A stretch of DNA of 58,068 nucleotides from positions 9,629,894 through 9,687,961 of the forward strand of contig NC_068985.1 in NCBI RefSeq assembly GCF_001194135.2, given 5' to 3'. A program made the translations under genes and the position numbers. Below are positions 1-12,372 of the stretch, piece by piece. Origin of the DNA: Octopus bimaculoides. Lineage: Eukaryota. The notes beneath the pieces were generated by a model. The model made no database searches. It had not been told where the DNA came from and worked only from the letters and a program-made list of their open reading frames with translations. The stretch's first letter is position 1, and the number at the start of each line of letters is the position of its first letter.

Positions 1-560
1 ATAAACACCGATATGGTGGTGGTGGTGGTGGTTGGTGGTGGTGGTGGTGGTGGTGGTTGGTGGTGGTGATTGATAGTGGTGATTGATAGTGGTTGATGGG
101 ATAATGATAATGGTGGCGGTGATGGTTGATGTGATGGTGATGGTGCCAGTAGTGGTTGTAATGGTTCATGATGATGACGATGATGATGATGGTTGGATAT
201 GAATGTGACCACGGCTGATGTAGTAAAGATCCTATTCTTTTTATCATTGTACTCGTTTAACCCAGATCAGTCCTAATCAATCAGACTTATAATGAAACGC
301 ATTCCGTCCTTGACCATCTTGTAGTTTTTCCTTCGTCTAGAGTACTTAGAGCTACATTATTCAATGTGTTATTTTCAAAGACAATAAAGTGTGATTTGAG
401 GGAAATTTGGTTGATATTTCTAGCAGGTCAAACTACACAGAGATTCCTTCATCAGCTTACGATCATGGTGGTGGTGGTGGTGGTGAAGATGGTGGAAATG
501 GTTGATGCTATAATGATGATGATGATGACTGATGTGAGATGATGATGATGATGATGATGA
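1..560. repeat. Low-complexity (GGT/GAT)n tract with an embedded dispersed-repeat copy (about 240-430)
   Basis: Degenerate triplet runs. The embedded motif gtgtgatttgagggaaatttggttgatatttctagcagg recurs many times (e.g. near 12.0, 21.7, 26.8, 34.1, 37.9, 39.4 and 47.85 kb). Confidence 0.85.
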
Positions 561-631
561 TTAAGATAATGGAGATAATGGTATCATCAAACACTCCCTC
601 CCTTTCTCCCCCACTCCCTGACAAAATTTAC

Positions 632-667
632 CATTAAGTATAATACTGGCCAGATTAAGAAATCCTT
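632..667 (-). CDS. Candidate 36-nt symmetrical exon (EGFLNLASIILN)
   Basis: Minus-strand acceptor ttctctctctag and donor ATG|GTAAAT; open in phase 1. No homology recognised. Confidence 0.15.
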
Positions 668-1695
668 CTAGAGAGAGAACCAGATATTTTGTAGAGTAAG
701 AAAGAAAGATAACATGTAAATNNNNNNNNNNNNNNNNNNNNNNNNNNNNNNNNNNNNNNNNNNNNNNNNNNNNNNNNNNNNNNNNNNNNNNNNNNNNNNN
801 NNNNNNNNNNNNNNNNNNNNNNNNNNNNNNNNNNNNNNNNNNNNNNNNNNNNNNNNNNNNNNNNNNNNNNNNNNNNNNNNNNNNNNNNNNNNNNNNNNNN
901 NNNNNNNNNNNNNNNNNNNNNNNNNNNNNNNNNNNNNNNNNNNNNNNNNNNNNNNNNNNNNNNNNNNNNNNNNNNNNNNNNNNNNNNNNNNNNNNNNNNN
1001 NNNNNNNNNNNNNNNNNNNNNNNNNNNNNNNNNNNNNNNNNNNNNNNNNNNNNNNNNNNNNNNNNNNNNNNNNNNNNNNNNNNNNNNTGTGTGTGTGTGT
1101 GTGTGTATTTCCTTTCGAAGTTTTCTCTAAAACTTTTACGACAGCAATGTAGAAAACCAAAAAAAAAAAAGAAAAACCAACGCAAAAGAATAAAACAGAT
1201 TTTTTAAAAATATATATTTTTTGAAAAAGTTAGAAAAATTCCAGAACGTTAATTTTTTTTTTTTTTTTACTTTATTTCAATTTTTTTTTCCCCCTTTTTT
1301 TTCTTCCACCTATGGAGGATAGAAAGAGATAAGTAGAAGTAAACAAGAACCAAGGTGTGAAGAATTCAAGACATAAAAAAGAAGGAAAGAAAGAAAGAAA
1401 GGAAAGACAAAAATCAAAGAATTACACAAAGATATTTTATAATAATATTACAAGAGGAATGGTTAAGTGATATTCATCTCCTTATAATAATCAAACTATC
1501 AATCATTCTAACTTCACCGATAATATCCATTACGGTAAGAACATAAAACTGATTTTTACGAACACCCATTGAGTAACCCGCTCCAACTCCATCGATTTTC
1601 AAACACATCAACAACCGTTTGGCTTTTGCGCTCAAGAGCTCTCTTGTATAACAACACAGAATTGCTTCTAGAAATTTGTATGTGTACAGTACAGC

Positions 1696-1697
<2 letters not shown>

Positions 1698-1737
<40 letters not shown>

Positions 1738-1830
1738 CAGTAGTAGTAGCGGTGGTGGTGGTGGTGGTGGTAGTAGTAGAGATAGTAGTAGTACTAGTAG
1801 TAGTGGTAACAGCAGCACCGTAGTTGCAGT
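1698..1830. repeat. (GTA)n/(GTG)n microsatellite
   Basis: Direct inspection; it generates the poly-V/S/L/T ORFs in the track. Confidence 0.95.
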
Positions 1831-1919
1831 AGATGTAGTACAGCCCTGCTTGACTATAATAGAAGACACTTGCACAAGGTGCCATGCAGTAGGAATGTAC
1901 CCAGGACCATGAAGCTGGT

Positions 1920-2185
1920 ACAATGCCAGTGCCGGTGGCACACGAAAAGCACCATCCGAACGTGGTCAATGCCAGTGTTGCCTGACTGGCTGCCATGCCA
2001 GTGGCACATAAAAAGCACCAACTACACTCTCGAAGTGGTTGGGGTTAGGAAGGGCATCCAGCTGTAGAAACCTTGCCAGATCAGATTAGAGCCTGGTGCA
2101 GCCTCTCGCCTTGTCAGTCCTCAGTCAAATCATCCAACCCATGCCAGCATGGAAAGCAGATGTTAAACAACGATGAGGATGATAA
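1920..2185 (+). mobile_element. RTE-related short interspersed element (family R)
   Basis: gtggcacataaaaagcacc...ggaagggcatccagctgtagaaac...ccaacccatgccagcatggaaagc with a (gat)n tail. More than 15 copies on both strands (e.g. 7360, 13775, 18205, 23690, 30635, 33440, 43355, 56750). Confidence 0.85.
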
Positions 2186-2424
2186 CGATGTGGATGATAA
2201 TGATGATGATAATTATCATCATCAAATATCAATTATCAGTGCTAGCATAAATTAGACAGGAGCCAACAAGGCAGATGGTTTTCCCAGTGTGTGGAACTCC
2301 AGTTTGGGCATGGTTTCTATGGCTGTGTGCTCTTCCTAATGCCACTCACTTCTCAGAATGTACTGGGCGTGTTTTCATGCCACTGGCACTGGTGAGGTCA
2401 CCAAGTAATTTACAGGACAAAAGA

Positions 2425-2745
2425 AAAGACTTTGCCTTTCATCCTTTCGGGGTCGATAAATTAAGTACCAGTTACGCACTAGGGTTGACATAATCGACTA
2501 AACCCATTTGTCTGTCCCCTCTATGTTTAGCCCCTTATGGGCAATAAAGAAATAAGAATCATTAGCATGCCAGGCAAAATGCTTAGCGGTATTTCGTCTG
2601 CTGTTACGTTCTGAGTTCAAATTCTGCCGAGGTTGACGTTGCCTTTCATCCTTTCTGGGTGGATAAATTAAGTACCAGTTGCGTACTGAGGTTGATCTAA
2701 TCGACTGCCCCCCCCCCAAAAAAAATTTCAAGCCTTGTGCCTAGA
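2425..2745 (+). mobile_element. Two adjacent copies of tRNA-derived SINE family B
   Basis: Core gactttgcctttcatcctttcggggtcgataaattaagtaccagtt occurs twice; B-box-like gagttcaaattc. Confidence 0.85.
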
Positions 2746-3844
2746 GTAGAAAAGAAAGACGTGTGCAAACATGAATATACACAGGATTTACACAGCTATG
2801 GGTACATAGACATATGTTTAAGATGCAAGCTAGCACACGCACACACACACCCACACACACACCAACACACGCACACACACCCACCAACACACGCACACAC
2901 ACCCACCAACACACGCACCCACACACACACACTCAAACATTTAGCAAAAATGCTGAATAGTTTCAATGTCTTAAGCATTTAAATCATCTCCATAGTTAAC
3001 ATTCTTCTCACTTGCAAGTTTCTTCAAATGTTCCATGAGATTTTATATTTTTAGATGGAGAGAGAGGTAGAGAGAGAGGTAGAGAGACAGACGGAGAACG
3101 AAAGAGAAAGAGTAGAAGGGAGAGGGGAGAGAGAGAGAGATTGTGTTTGTTGGGAGTCTATCAGCTGTCTTCCTATAATTATTTAGACACCATTAAGTCT
3201 TGCATCGCTGAACTCAACTGAACTCAAATGACATACGAGAAGCCACTGCATGGTTACACGACCTGCTAGACATAGCAACCAGATCTCCCTGAAATCTCAC
3301 AAGTCATTGGTCAATGTGGTATATGATATAAAAAAAACAAAAAAAGGAAACAACAACAGGCTGGTCAATATTGGAATGCAATATGGAGGATCATGGTTGA
3401 CTTGGGTTAAATAACAACAACATCAATATTATAACAAAGAAATTCATAGAATATTTTCAATGAGCATCTTATCTCCTAGAATTACACTTCTTTGTTTGGA
3501 TTCCTTCTCTCTGGAAGTAAGCAGATTAGATGACATTTCATTACCATATTTATTTTCTTTTGGCAACAGGAGAAGTAGGAGGAGGAGGAGAAGTAGGAGG
3601 AGGAGGAGAAGAAGAAAAAGAGAGAAGTGCTGGATGCATGAGTGGGGGGGGTGAATGTGCAGTGAGTAGAGATTTGGTTTCTAACAAGGCAGGTTGTACA
3701 CACAACACACAGTCTTGGAATCTCCATAACAAATGCTAATATCCAAAAGTATTAAAGACTGAATAATTTTTTGAAGATGTTTGCATTTTCAGCAACTACG
3801 TCCAAGCGATAATCATAAAAATTATCATTTCTTTTAATACTCAT

Positions 3845-4110
3845 CATCATCATCATCGTTTAACGTCCGCTTTCCATGCTAGCATGGGTTGGACGATTTG
3901 ACTGGGGACTGGCGAACCAGATGGCTACACCAGGCTCCATTCTGATCTGGCAGGAGTTTCTACAGCTGGATGCCCTTCCTAATGCCAACCACTCCGAGAG
4001 TGTAGTGGGTGCTTTTTACATGCCACTGGCACGAGGGCCAGTCACGTGGTACTGGCAACGGCCACACTCAAATGGTGTTTTTTACGTGCCACCTGCACAG
4101 GAGTCAGTTC
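3845..4110 (-). mobile_element. Family R element
   Basis: Reverse complement of the family R consensus with a (cat)n tail. Confidence 0.85.
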
Positions 4111-4159
4111 AATGTGATACTAATAATGATGATGATGATGATGATAAGAATAAGGGTTT

Positions 4160-4599
4160 CAAATTTTGCTAGAAGGGCAGCAATTTTGGGAGAGGGGGTG
4201 AGTCGATTAAATTGACCCGAGTGTTCAACTGGTACTTATTTTATTGACCCCGAAAGGATGAAAGGCAAAGTTGACCTCGGCAGAATTTGAACTCAGAACG
4301 TAAAGACAGACGAAATGCTGCCAAGCATTAATTATGCCCGACATTCTAACGATTCTGCCAGCTCACAGACTTAATGATAACAATTCTTTCTACTGGAAGC
4401 ACAAGGCTTTAGATTTGGAGGAAGTGATTAAGTCAATTACATCGACCCCAGTGTGTAACTGGTACTAATTTTACAGACCCCGAAAGGATGAAAGGCAAAG
4501 TCGACCTTGGCAGAATTTGAACTCAGAACGCAACGGCAGATGAAATACCGCTAAGCATTTCACCTGGTGTGCTAACAATTCTGCCAGCTCGTCGCCTTG

Positions 4600-4644
<45 letters not shown>

Positions 4645-5045
4645 TTTAAAACAAACACATAATTTTCTTATGATTTCTTAAACATTCACTTGAACAAAAC
4701 TGTACAAATCCAAATATATGGTACCCTAGGCATAACACCTACATGAACTTCTAACTTGTTGTCTCTTGAGGTCTCTTGGTGAGACTTGGATCCAACTTGT
4801 ACAAATGCAAAACAAAAGTCAAACATAAAATAATAATAATAATAATAATAATAATCCTTTCTACTGGAAGCACAAGGCCTCAAATCTGTGGGGAGGAGAC
4901 TATTCGATTACATCAACCCTAGCGTTTCACTGGTACTTAATTTATTGACCCCGAAAGGATGAAAGGCAAAGTTGACTTTGACGGAATTTGAACTCAGAAC
5001 ATAACAATGGATGAAATACCACTAAGCATTTTGACTGGCATGTTA
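4160..5045 (-). mobile_element. Three head-to-tail copies of SINE family B separated by (aat)n tracts
   Basis: gaccccgaaaggatgaaaggcaaagt appears three times (about 4246, 4476, 4947). Confidence 0.9.
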
Positions 5046-5107
5046 AAATAATAATGATAACAATAATAATGATAATAATAATGATAATGATAATAATAAT
5101 ATCCCTT

Positions 5108-5350
5108 AAAATTTGAAATTGCAAGAATTTGAAATATGAAAACTGGTGCATTAGGGACTATGACTAATGGTTATAGATAAATGGTGGAAGGTGATCGGAA
5201 TGGAATGGAATGTTCTGCAGAGCTTCTACAGAAAGTTTGCCTCTTAGGAACAGGAAAGACTATCAGAAGGGTCTTGAGCAGTTGACAGATTAATGAAAGC
5301 TTGTGGATGTCTAAGGTTATAGGTAGTAACCAGTTACCCACATAGATTCA
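5108..5350 (+). pseudogene. 3' remnant of an R4/NeSL-type (REL-endonuclease) non-LTR retrotransposon ORF
   Basis: Translation GALGTMTNG...ELLQKVCLLGTGKTIRRVL* matches the C-terminal GALG...LQK..LLGT...RRVL motif of REL-type LINEs; contains internal stops. Confidence 0.7.
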
Positions 5351-5721
5351 ACCAGGAATAAAATCAAACCAGAGTCAAATAATGGTTTATGGTTTAGGCT
5401 GAAGGCCAGCAATTCTGAGGGAAGGGGATTAGTTAATCCATTAGTTAATCCCACTGATACTTTGTTATCAACCCCAGAGGAATAAAATGTAAAGTGTGTG
5501 TGAGTGTGTATGTAAATATGTGTATATATATGTAAGTGTTTATGTATCTATCTGCTAATATGCACTCACATATTCATACACATCACATATATACACATGC
5601 ATGCATACATATATTTTTCATTCTATATACATATATTTTTCACAGTTCTATATTTAAGAGATGAGGAATTATTTACATTATTTACATTTGATGGATATTT
5701 GTCCTCATCTTGTTCGTTGTT

Positions 5722-5767
5722 AACACAACGTTTCAGCTGATGTACCCTCCAGCCTTCATCAGGTGTC
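5722..5767 (-). ncRNA. Minimal type I hammerhead ribozyme motif, core intact
   Basis: RNA: GACAC CUGAUGA A GGCUG[loop]CAGCU GAAA CG UU GUGUU. Stem I GACAC/GUGUU, palindromic AACGUU stem III, GUU cleavage triplet. Confidence 0.65.
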
Positions 5768-5874
5768 TTGGGGAAGTTTTGAACCTGCGTTCTCATTCAT
5801 AAGGTATTTTTAATAATAATAATTACATCAAAAACTACCTTAGGAATGAGAACCCAGGTTCGAAATTTCTCCAA

Positions 5875-5920
5875 GACACCTGATGAAGGCTGGAGGGCAT
5901 ATCAGCCGAAATGTTGTGTT
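5875..5920 (+). ncRNA. Minimal type I hammerhead motif, C15.2>U
   Basis: gacac ctgatga a ggctg gagggcatat cagcc gaaa tg tt gtgtt; a CpG-type transition in stem III. Confidence 0.55.
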
Positions 5921-6568
5921 AGCAACAAACAAGATGAGGACAAATATCTGTCAAATGTAAATAATGTAAATAATGAATATATTTTCCATTCTATATTTTT
6001 TCAACTTTTTCTTAATCTCATTCTTATAGAATGTCCTTTGGAATTAAAAACCATGGCATTAAGAATTCAGATCTACTAAGATTTTTGTAATCTTGGCACC
6101 TTATCTCCATTATGCCACAGACATTAAAAAGTCAGGCCCTCCATTAATTGAGTTCACTCACATAACACAGGGGTCAAAAGGTAGAAATTTCCATTATCTA
6201 CTTCATGGTGCTATCAGTCCTAAGTGCATTTTCACACATACACACAATCTCTCGATTGCCCTCCCCACATCCTCACACACACATATATGAATGCAGCAGC
6301 AACAAGCATTTCGCTAATGTAGAAGTAATTAAAAGAATTAAACTGAAAAAACAAACAAACAACAAAATACAAACTATAACATAGATATAAAAATTACTTT
6401 CGGTGACGTGTTTCATGTCACGTTAACAAAACTATGTTATTTTATACTGGGTCAGCTTAATCTGTAATTCTGCAGATTAAAGAGATTGAAATAGTAGCAC
6501 TCCGAACATTAAAGGGACCGTAACATGGAAAATACAGATTAGCCATTCACACGGACTTTTGGCTTCAA

Positions 6569-6760
6569 TTAACTCTTTAGCATTTAGATTACTTTATCAA
6601 AGTAATGCCTATTTATTCATATTGTGTGAATTAATCATGTGTTATCACGTAGCTTTGGGATTTCAATAACATAATTCTTTATTTTTAGAATGACACAGTC
6701 GGGTAGATATGAGAGTCCAGATAAGGCTGGTCTGAACATAAAATACTGGTTGGATATCAT
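6569..6760 (+). mobile_element. TTAA (piggyBac-type) MITE, 3' truncated
   Basis: Starts ttaactctttagcattt; same family as 20941 and 29132. Confidence 0.7.
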
Positions 6761-7103
6761 CATTTAACGTCCATTGTCCATGCTGGCATGGATCAGATGG
6801 TTTCATAGGAGCTGGCCAGATAGAAGACTACATCAGGTTTCCGTGTCTGTTTTTGGTATGACTTCTACAGCTGGATGCCCTTCCTAACACCAACCACTCT
6901 GAGAGTGTAACGGGTGATTTTACGTGCCACCAGCACGAGTGCCAGTTGCATGACACCAGTATCTGCCACAATATGGTTATTTTTAAATGCTAAAGCGTTA
7001 AATATTTATTATTTGTTACCAAACTCTTCATCACACCAACTGCAACCTGCTCACTGACATAATTCCACTACATCTCCAAATACAGTTAACAGGTTTCTGA
7101 GTA

Positions 7104-7242
7104 CACTATTTACATTTGACAGATATTTGTCCTCATCTTGTTTGTTGTTAACACAATGTTTCGGCTGATATACCCTCCAGCCTTCTTCAGGTATCTTAGG
7201 GAAATTTCAAACATGAGTTCTCATTCCTAAGGTAGTTTTCGA

Positions 7243-7276
<34 letters not shown>

Positions 7277-7354
7277 GTTCAGATCACTGCCTGGAATCGA
7301 ACTCAGAATTTTGGGGCTAGTAGCCCGCACTCTTAACCACTACGCCATATGCCC
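7104..7354 (-). mobile_element. Element with a tRNA-derived head, (aat)n linker and hammerhead-bearing Penelope-like tail
   Basis: Head 7354-7277 has A box TGGCGTAGTGG and B box GAGTTCGATTCC. The tail is collinear with the 5837-5975 arm. Confidence 0.65.
7150..7195 (-). ncRNA. Minimal type I hammerhead motif, G16.2>A
   Basis: GAUAC CUGAAGA A GGCUG[loop]CAGCC GAAA CA UU GUGUU. Confidence 0.55.
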
Positions 7355-8296
7355 ACAGGCCGGTGGCACGTAAAAGCACCATTACACTCTCAGAGTGGTT
7401 GGCATTTGGAAGGGCATCCAGCCTTAGAAAACCATTCCAAATCAGACTAGAGTCTGGTACAGCCTTCCAGCTTACCAACCCTGGTCAAACCATCCAACCC
7501 ATGCCAGCATGGACAATAAATGATGATGATGATATATATATATATATAACAAGCTTCTTTCAGTTTCCATCAACCAAATCCACTGACATGGCTTTGGTCA
7601 GCCAAGGGTTATAACAGAAGACAATTGCTCAAGGATCCACGAAGTGGGACTGAACCCAGAACCTTATGGTTGGTAAGCAAGCTTCTTACCACACTGCCAC
7701 GCCTGCGCCTACATGCAGTTTTATACTGCATCCTATCATTCTACAGTTTTATTATTTGTTTTATGTCGCATTATTCTGTCATCTTATTTGAACAAAAGCT
7801 AAAATGCTAAGCAAAAAAATCTAAAAATATCTGCTTCTTCTTAGGAAATAAAGTCTATTAATTTGAGTCATAAAAACATGGAGATTATCATGACAATCAA
7901 TAAATCTATGGAGCTGAGAATACATTTGTAATGATTCCACCCAAAACAACATGCTTGTGACATCATAACATCGGTATCTGGCTTACTGTCTCTATTGGCT
8001 TCTTGAGAAGATTTTTGTTGGTAGTGGTGAAGACAGTGGTGGTGGTGGTGGTGGTGTTGCTTTTTGGTTTTATTTTTTGGTGGATGAAAGACAGGAAGGT
8101 GGGTAGTATAATGGATTCGTTAAATATATTAACTTATGCTTTTTTCTAGCCATTTAGAAGGAAAATGGGGTGAAAAGAGTGAGGAAATAGAAAGAAGAAG
8201 AAGAAAATTAAACAAAAGGACATCAGAACATTTGAAAAGAGAAAAAAGAAATATAAAAAGGAAGGAAAAAACCAGAAGAAAGAAAGTAGAGTCTCG

Positions 8297-8333
<37 letters not shown>

Positions 8334-8835
8334 CATGTGCTGGGTGGACCCATAGTCATGATGGGTATATTGGGCTTTGTATATTTGTACCCCAGCATCA
8401 TTTTGATGGTGTGTGCTACTCTCTCACACAGTAATAATAATAATGATCCTTTCTACTAACACAAGGCCTGGAATTTGGTAGGGGAGGGGAGTAGTCAATT
8501 ACAACGACCCCAATACTCAACTGGTACTTATTTTATCGACGCCCCAAAAGGATGAAAGGCCAAGCTGGTCCCTGGAGGAATTTGAGTTGGGAATGTAAAG
8601 ATGGACAAAATGTCATTAAGCATTTTGTCCAACACGCTAACGATTCTACCAGTGGTGGTAGTGGTAGTGGTGCAAAAGAAGAAGAAGACACCAGACTCCA
8701 ATCAGATATATATATATATGTATATATATAAAGTAACAAACTGAGGAAAAGAACTCCTTCAAAGGGTTGTGTTAAACATCCAATTCACTGGTACTTCAGT
8801 TGGATACCGTATAAATATTGGCATAATTCAATAAT

Positions 8836-9705
8836 AAAGTTAAATTAAATATAGAGATATTCTATTGACATTCAATAATTTATTTATATTACAATATTAC
8901 ATTAAATACTAGGAATATAATATATAACATAACATGAGATAATATTATATAAATAATTATAAAAACTGTGAAAGTCCTACAAATTGTTTCAGCTTATATA
9001 TATGTTTTCTGATATACATAATCCCAGTTCAATTATATATAAGTCACTTCAGGGTCAATCAGTTCAGAAAGACGAAATCAGTTTGGAAAAGACGGCTGGA
9101 TTGCATAAATTAATTCAAATGTCTGTGTTTTGAGCGTGAGCATTAATTATTCACTCTTACATCAATTACAATTAAAATACAACAAAAACATTTTAGTGGA
9201 CGATACAATCAAGGAAGTTCAATCCACAACCATCGAAATCCACTTCATTTTATTTCAGACATATACCAACTGAAACCCTTTCATGTCCAAGATAGTCTCT
9301 TGTTATCACAACATATAATAATAACGTGTGTGTATATAAATGTATATAATTAAGTATCTAATTCTTCTCCTATGTGTAACTACAACAAAAAATATATAAA
9401 CAATTACATCTTCAATACAACAACTCTTTTATCTATTTAAATTACTTGGTATAAAATAATTATTGTTTAAATTAACTAATAATAATCTTCTATATTATTT
9501 TCTCATAAGGATAATTACATAGCAGATATGAACAGAAACCTAATGACTATATATATATATATATATAAGTCAAACAATTTGTTGGACTTTTACAGTTTTT
9601 ATAATTATTTATATAATATTGTTATATATTATATTCATCGTATTTAATGTAATATAAATAAATTGTTGAATGTCAATAGAATATCTCTATATTTAATTTA
9701 TCTTT
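8836..9705. repeat. AT-rich inverted repeat (arms about 8836-9003 and 9558-9705, spacer about 550 bp)
   Basis: aaattaaatatagagatattctattgacattcaa and aaaaactgtgaaagtcctacaaattgttt are each matched by their reverse complement in the right arm. Confidence 0.85.
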
Positions 9706-9740
9706 ATATATAAATAGCGACACCAGCCTGGTTCGGCTGC

Positions 9741-9783
9741 TCTACATTGATGAGGGGCAAATATCCTGAAACTAGTCTGTAGA
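9741..9783 (+). ncRNA. Minimal type I hammerhead motif, C3>U
   Basis: tctaca ttgatga gggg caaata tcct gaaa c ta gtc tgtaga: 6-bp stem I, palindromic ACUAGU stem III, GUC triplet. Confidence 0.65.
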
Positions 9784-10002
9784 TGCCAGACCCGCAAGGG
9801 GAAGTGGCTGACCTCCGCTGTTCGAAGGTTATAATGGACACAGGGTTCGTGTGTCACATAGCTAGATAGAGGTGATGGCCTCTTGGAGCTAATCAATGGC
9901 AGCATTTGTCCTATTTTTCTGGACTGCCATGTTAGCTTGGCGATAACTATTAATATCCAGTACCGCTGCCGTAGTCTCCTTTAGAGAGACTTAGAAATAT
10001 TA

Positions 10003-10041
<39 letters not shown>

Positions 10042-10647
10042 TAACAGGCTTCTTTCAGTTTCTGTCTGCCAAATACACTCACAAGGCTTTGGTTGGCCCG
10101 AGACTATAGTACAAGACACTTGCCCAAGGTGCCATGCAGTGGGACTGAACCTGGATATATACTTTATTAAAAAAAACTGCAAAGACATCACAAAAACTGT
10201 TACTCAGAGTTTCACTATCAGATAGTCTTGGTTGAGAATGGAATAAAAATAAGGTTTTCTATATGTGTGTGTGTGTATATATGTGTATATATATATATAT
10301 AGATATGCAGGGCAGGGAATCGTCAATTAGTAATAAAATTAATAATCAACAATTTTGCCGGGTAGCTCAGTATGAAAAAACCTTCTTCGGTAAAAAATTT
10401 ATAATCATAAATATATAGGGATTGACAGTAACCTGCTTCTCCAACATACTGAGAATTCAGAAATAGCAGTCAAAGAACTACTGATTTCAAAACTACAAAT
10501 TATTACTCCAGATTGATAGCGATATTTTTGATACACACAGAACAAAAAACAGTAGAGAAGAGTAAAAAACACTTGCCTTNNNNNNNNNNNNNNNNNNNNN
10601 NNNNNNNNNNNNNNNNNNNNNNNNNNNNNNNNNNNNNNNNNNNNNNN

Positions 10648-10686
<39 letters not shown>

Positions 10687-11617
10687 CACACACACACACA
10701 CAAATAAATATACACACATATATAAACACAAACACACACATGCAGAACATAAGAGCAAAACAATACCCCCAAATTCATCCCACTATATCTGGGGGGTGGG
10801 GGGGCAATAACTCCATATAAGAATTACTTGGACCATGACAACCCATACCAGCATGGCAAAGTAAATGCAGAAGATGGTAATACTGATGTGTGCATGCGTA
10901 TGTATGTATGTGTATGTGTGTTTGAGTATGTATGTGTGTGTGTGCGTGTGTATATATATATATATATATATTAATCAATATGCACACACACACACACACA
11001 CACACACATACATATAACATGTATCCACAAAATTCTTGGACTGAATTTATTGAGGATATGCTGCAAGATTTTTTCCTCTCAGGAGAAGCAATCATGAGTC
11101 ATTCCTGTGTGTGAGCAAACTCTGGACATGTTTAGACACGCACTGCCAATAAATGGCGGGAACAATCCTGTTTATTATGTAGTTGTCTACAAAATAGTTC
11201 CATCACTGCTTCACTGTGGATGAACTGAGAGATGGAGTGAAGAGCAGTGATGTCACTGAGACTGACATCTTAATAAACAAGCCTAGCAGGGAGCATCTAT
11301 ATGGTCAGGCAACCTGTTAGAAATAGCAGCTAAATAATATTTTATACATACATGCACACATATATATTTTATTTCTGATTTGTTTCAGTCACTGGACCGT
11401 GGCCACGTTGAAGGAAATCTACCTCTGTATTTATTTTTTTAAGCCTGGTATTTACATACTTGTTCTATTGATCACTTTTGCCAAACTGTTAAGTTATGGG
11501 GACGTAAAGACACCAACACAAGTTTTCAAGGGAGGTGGAGGCAAAAGCCTACACACACACAAGCACATATATATTGTCCCACCCATGCCAGCATGGAAAG
11601 CAGGCGTTAAATGATGA

Positions 11618-11661
<44 letters not shown>

Positions 11662-12027
11662 TGAACCACCCATGATGATGATGATATATGAATACACATA
11701 CATGCATATACATACAGAGACTTCCACACAATTTTCATCTACCAAATTCACCCATGAGATATTAGTCGGCCTGGGGCTATACTAGAAGACATTGGCACAA
11801 GAGGTCATACAGTGGGACTGAACCTTAAACCACGGGTTTGCCAGGTGAGATTCTTAACAACACAGCCATATCTATGAAATGTAGAGTAAAAAAATCTGAT
11901 GCAAATAAATATAGAATTCTTTTATTTTCCTCTACATTTGACTGGTTTGTATCAAGACAACACAGGTACCTATATATGGTTGCTCACCCTGCTAGAAACA
12001 GCAGCCAAATTTTCCTCGACCCATTTA

Positions 12028-12165
12028 TCTTAAAAACAAAAGCACTGTTATCTGACACACTGACACACATGCACACAGTCTCTCTCTCTCTCACACACAC
12101 ACACTCATACCCTCTCTCTCACACACACACACACACACTCACACAGACACACATGCACACATTCT

Positions 12166-12202
<37 letters not shown>

Positions 12203-12321
12203 TCATACCCTCACACACACACACACACAACACACACACACAGACAGACTCATACCCTCTCTCACACAGACACACACACACACATACACACTGACACACT
12301 CACACACGCAGACACACATAC

Positions 12322-12372
<51 letters not shown>

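Larger units (their letters stand above)
5665..5975. mobile_element. Inverted pair of Penelope-like terminal-repeat fragments (arms about 5665-5810 and 5837-5975)
   Basis: The two arms are reverse complements around an (aat)n spacer; each carries a hammerhead motif. Confidence 0.8.

Noticed and set aside
1569-1680. VWLLRSRALLYNNTE resembling the Cys-loop receptor WxPDIxLYNN motif
   Set aside because: Spacing is wrong, the PD is missing, there is an upstream in-frame stop and no convincing acceptor.
561-1996. Long ORFs 561-1185 and 1474-1996, and similar ORFs at 18.5, 24.7, 48.5 and 56.9 kb
   Set aside because: Their length comes from N runs or microsatellites lacking stop codons.
1930-2020. 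Twister- or pistol-ribozyme resemblance of gtgccggtggcacgtaaaaagcacc
   Set aside because: Only short motifs match; the required pseudoknot partners and conserved loops are absent.
7277-7354. Functional tRNA gene (likewise the heads at 16645, 44506 and 49831)
   Set aside because: A and B boxes are present, but acceptor and anticodon stems are broken and the heads continue into SINE bodies.
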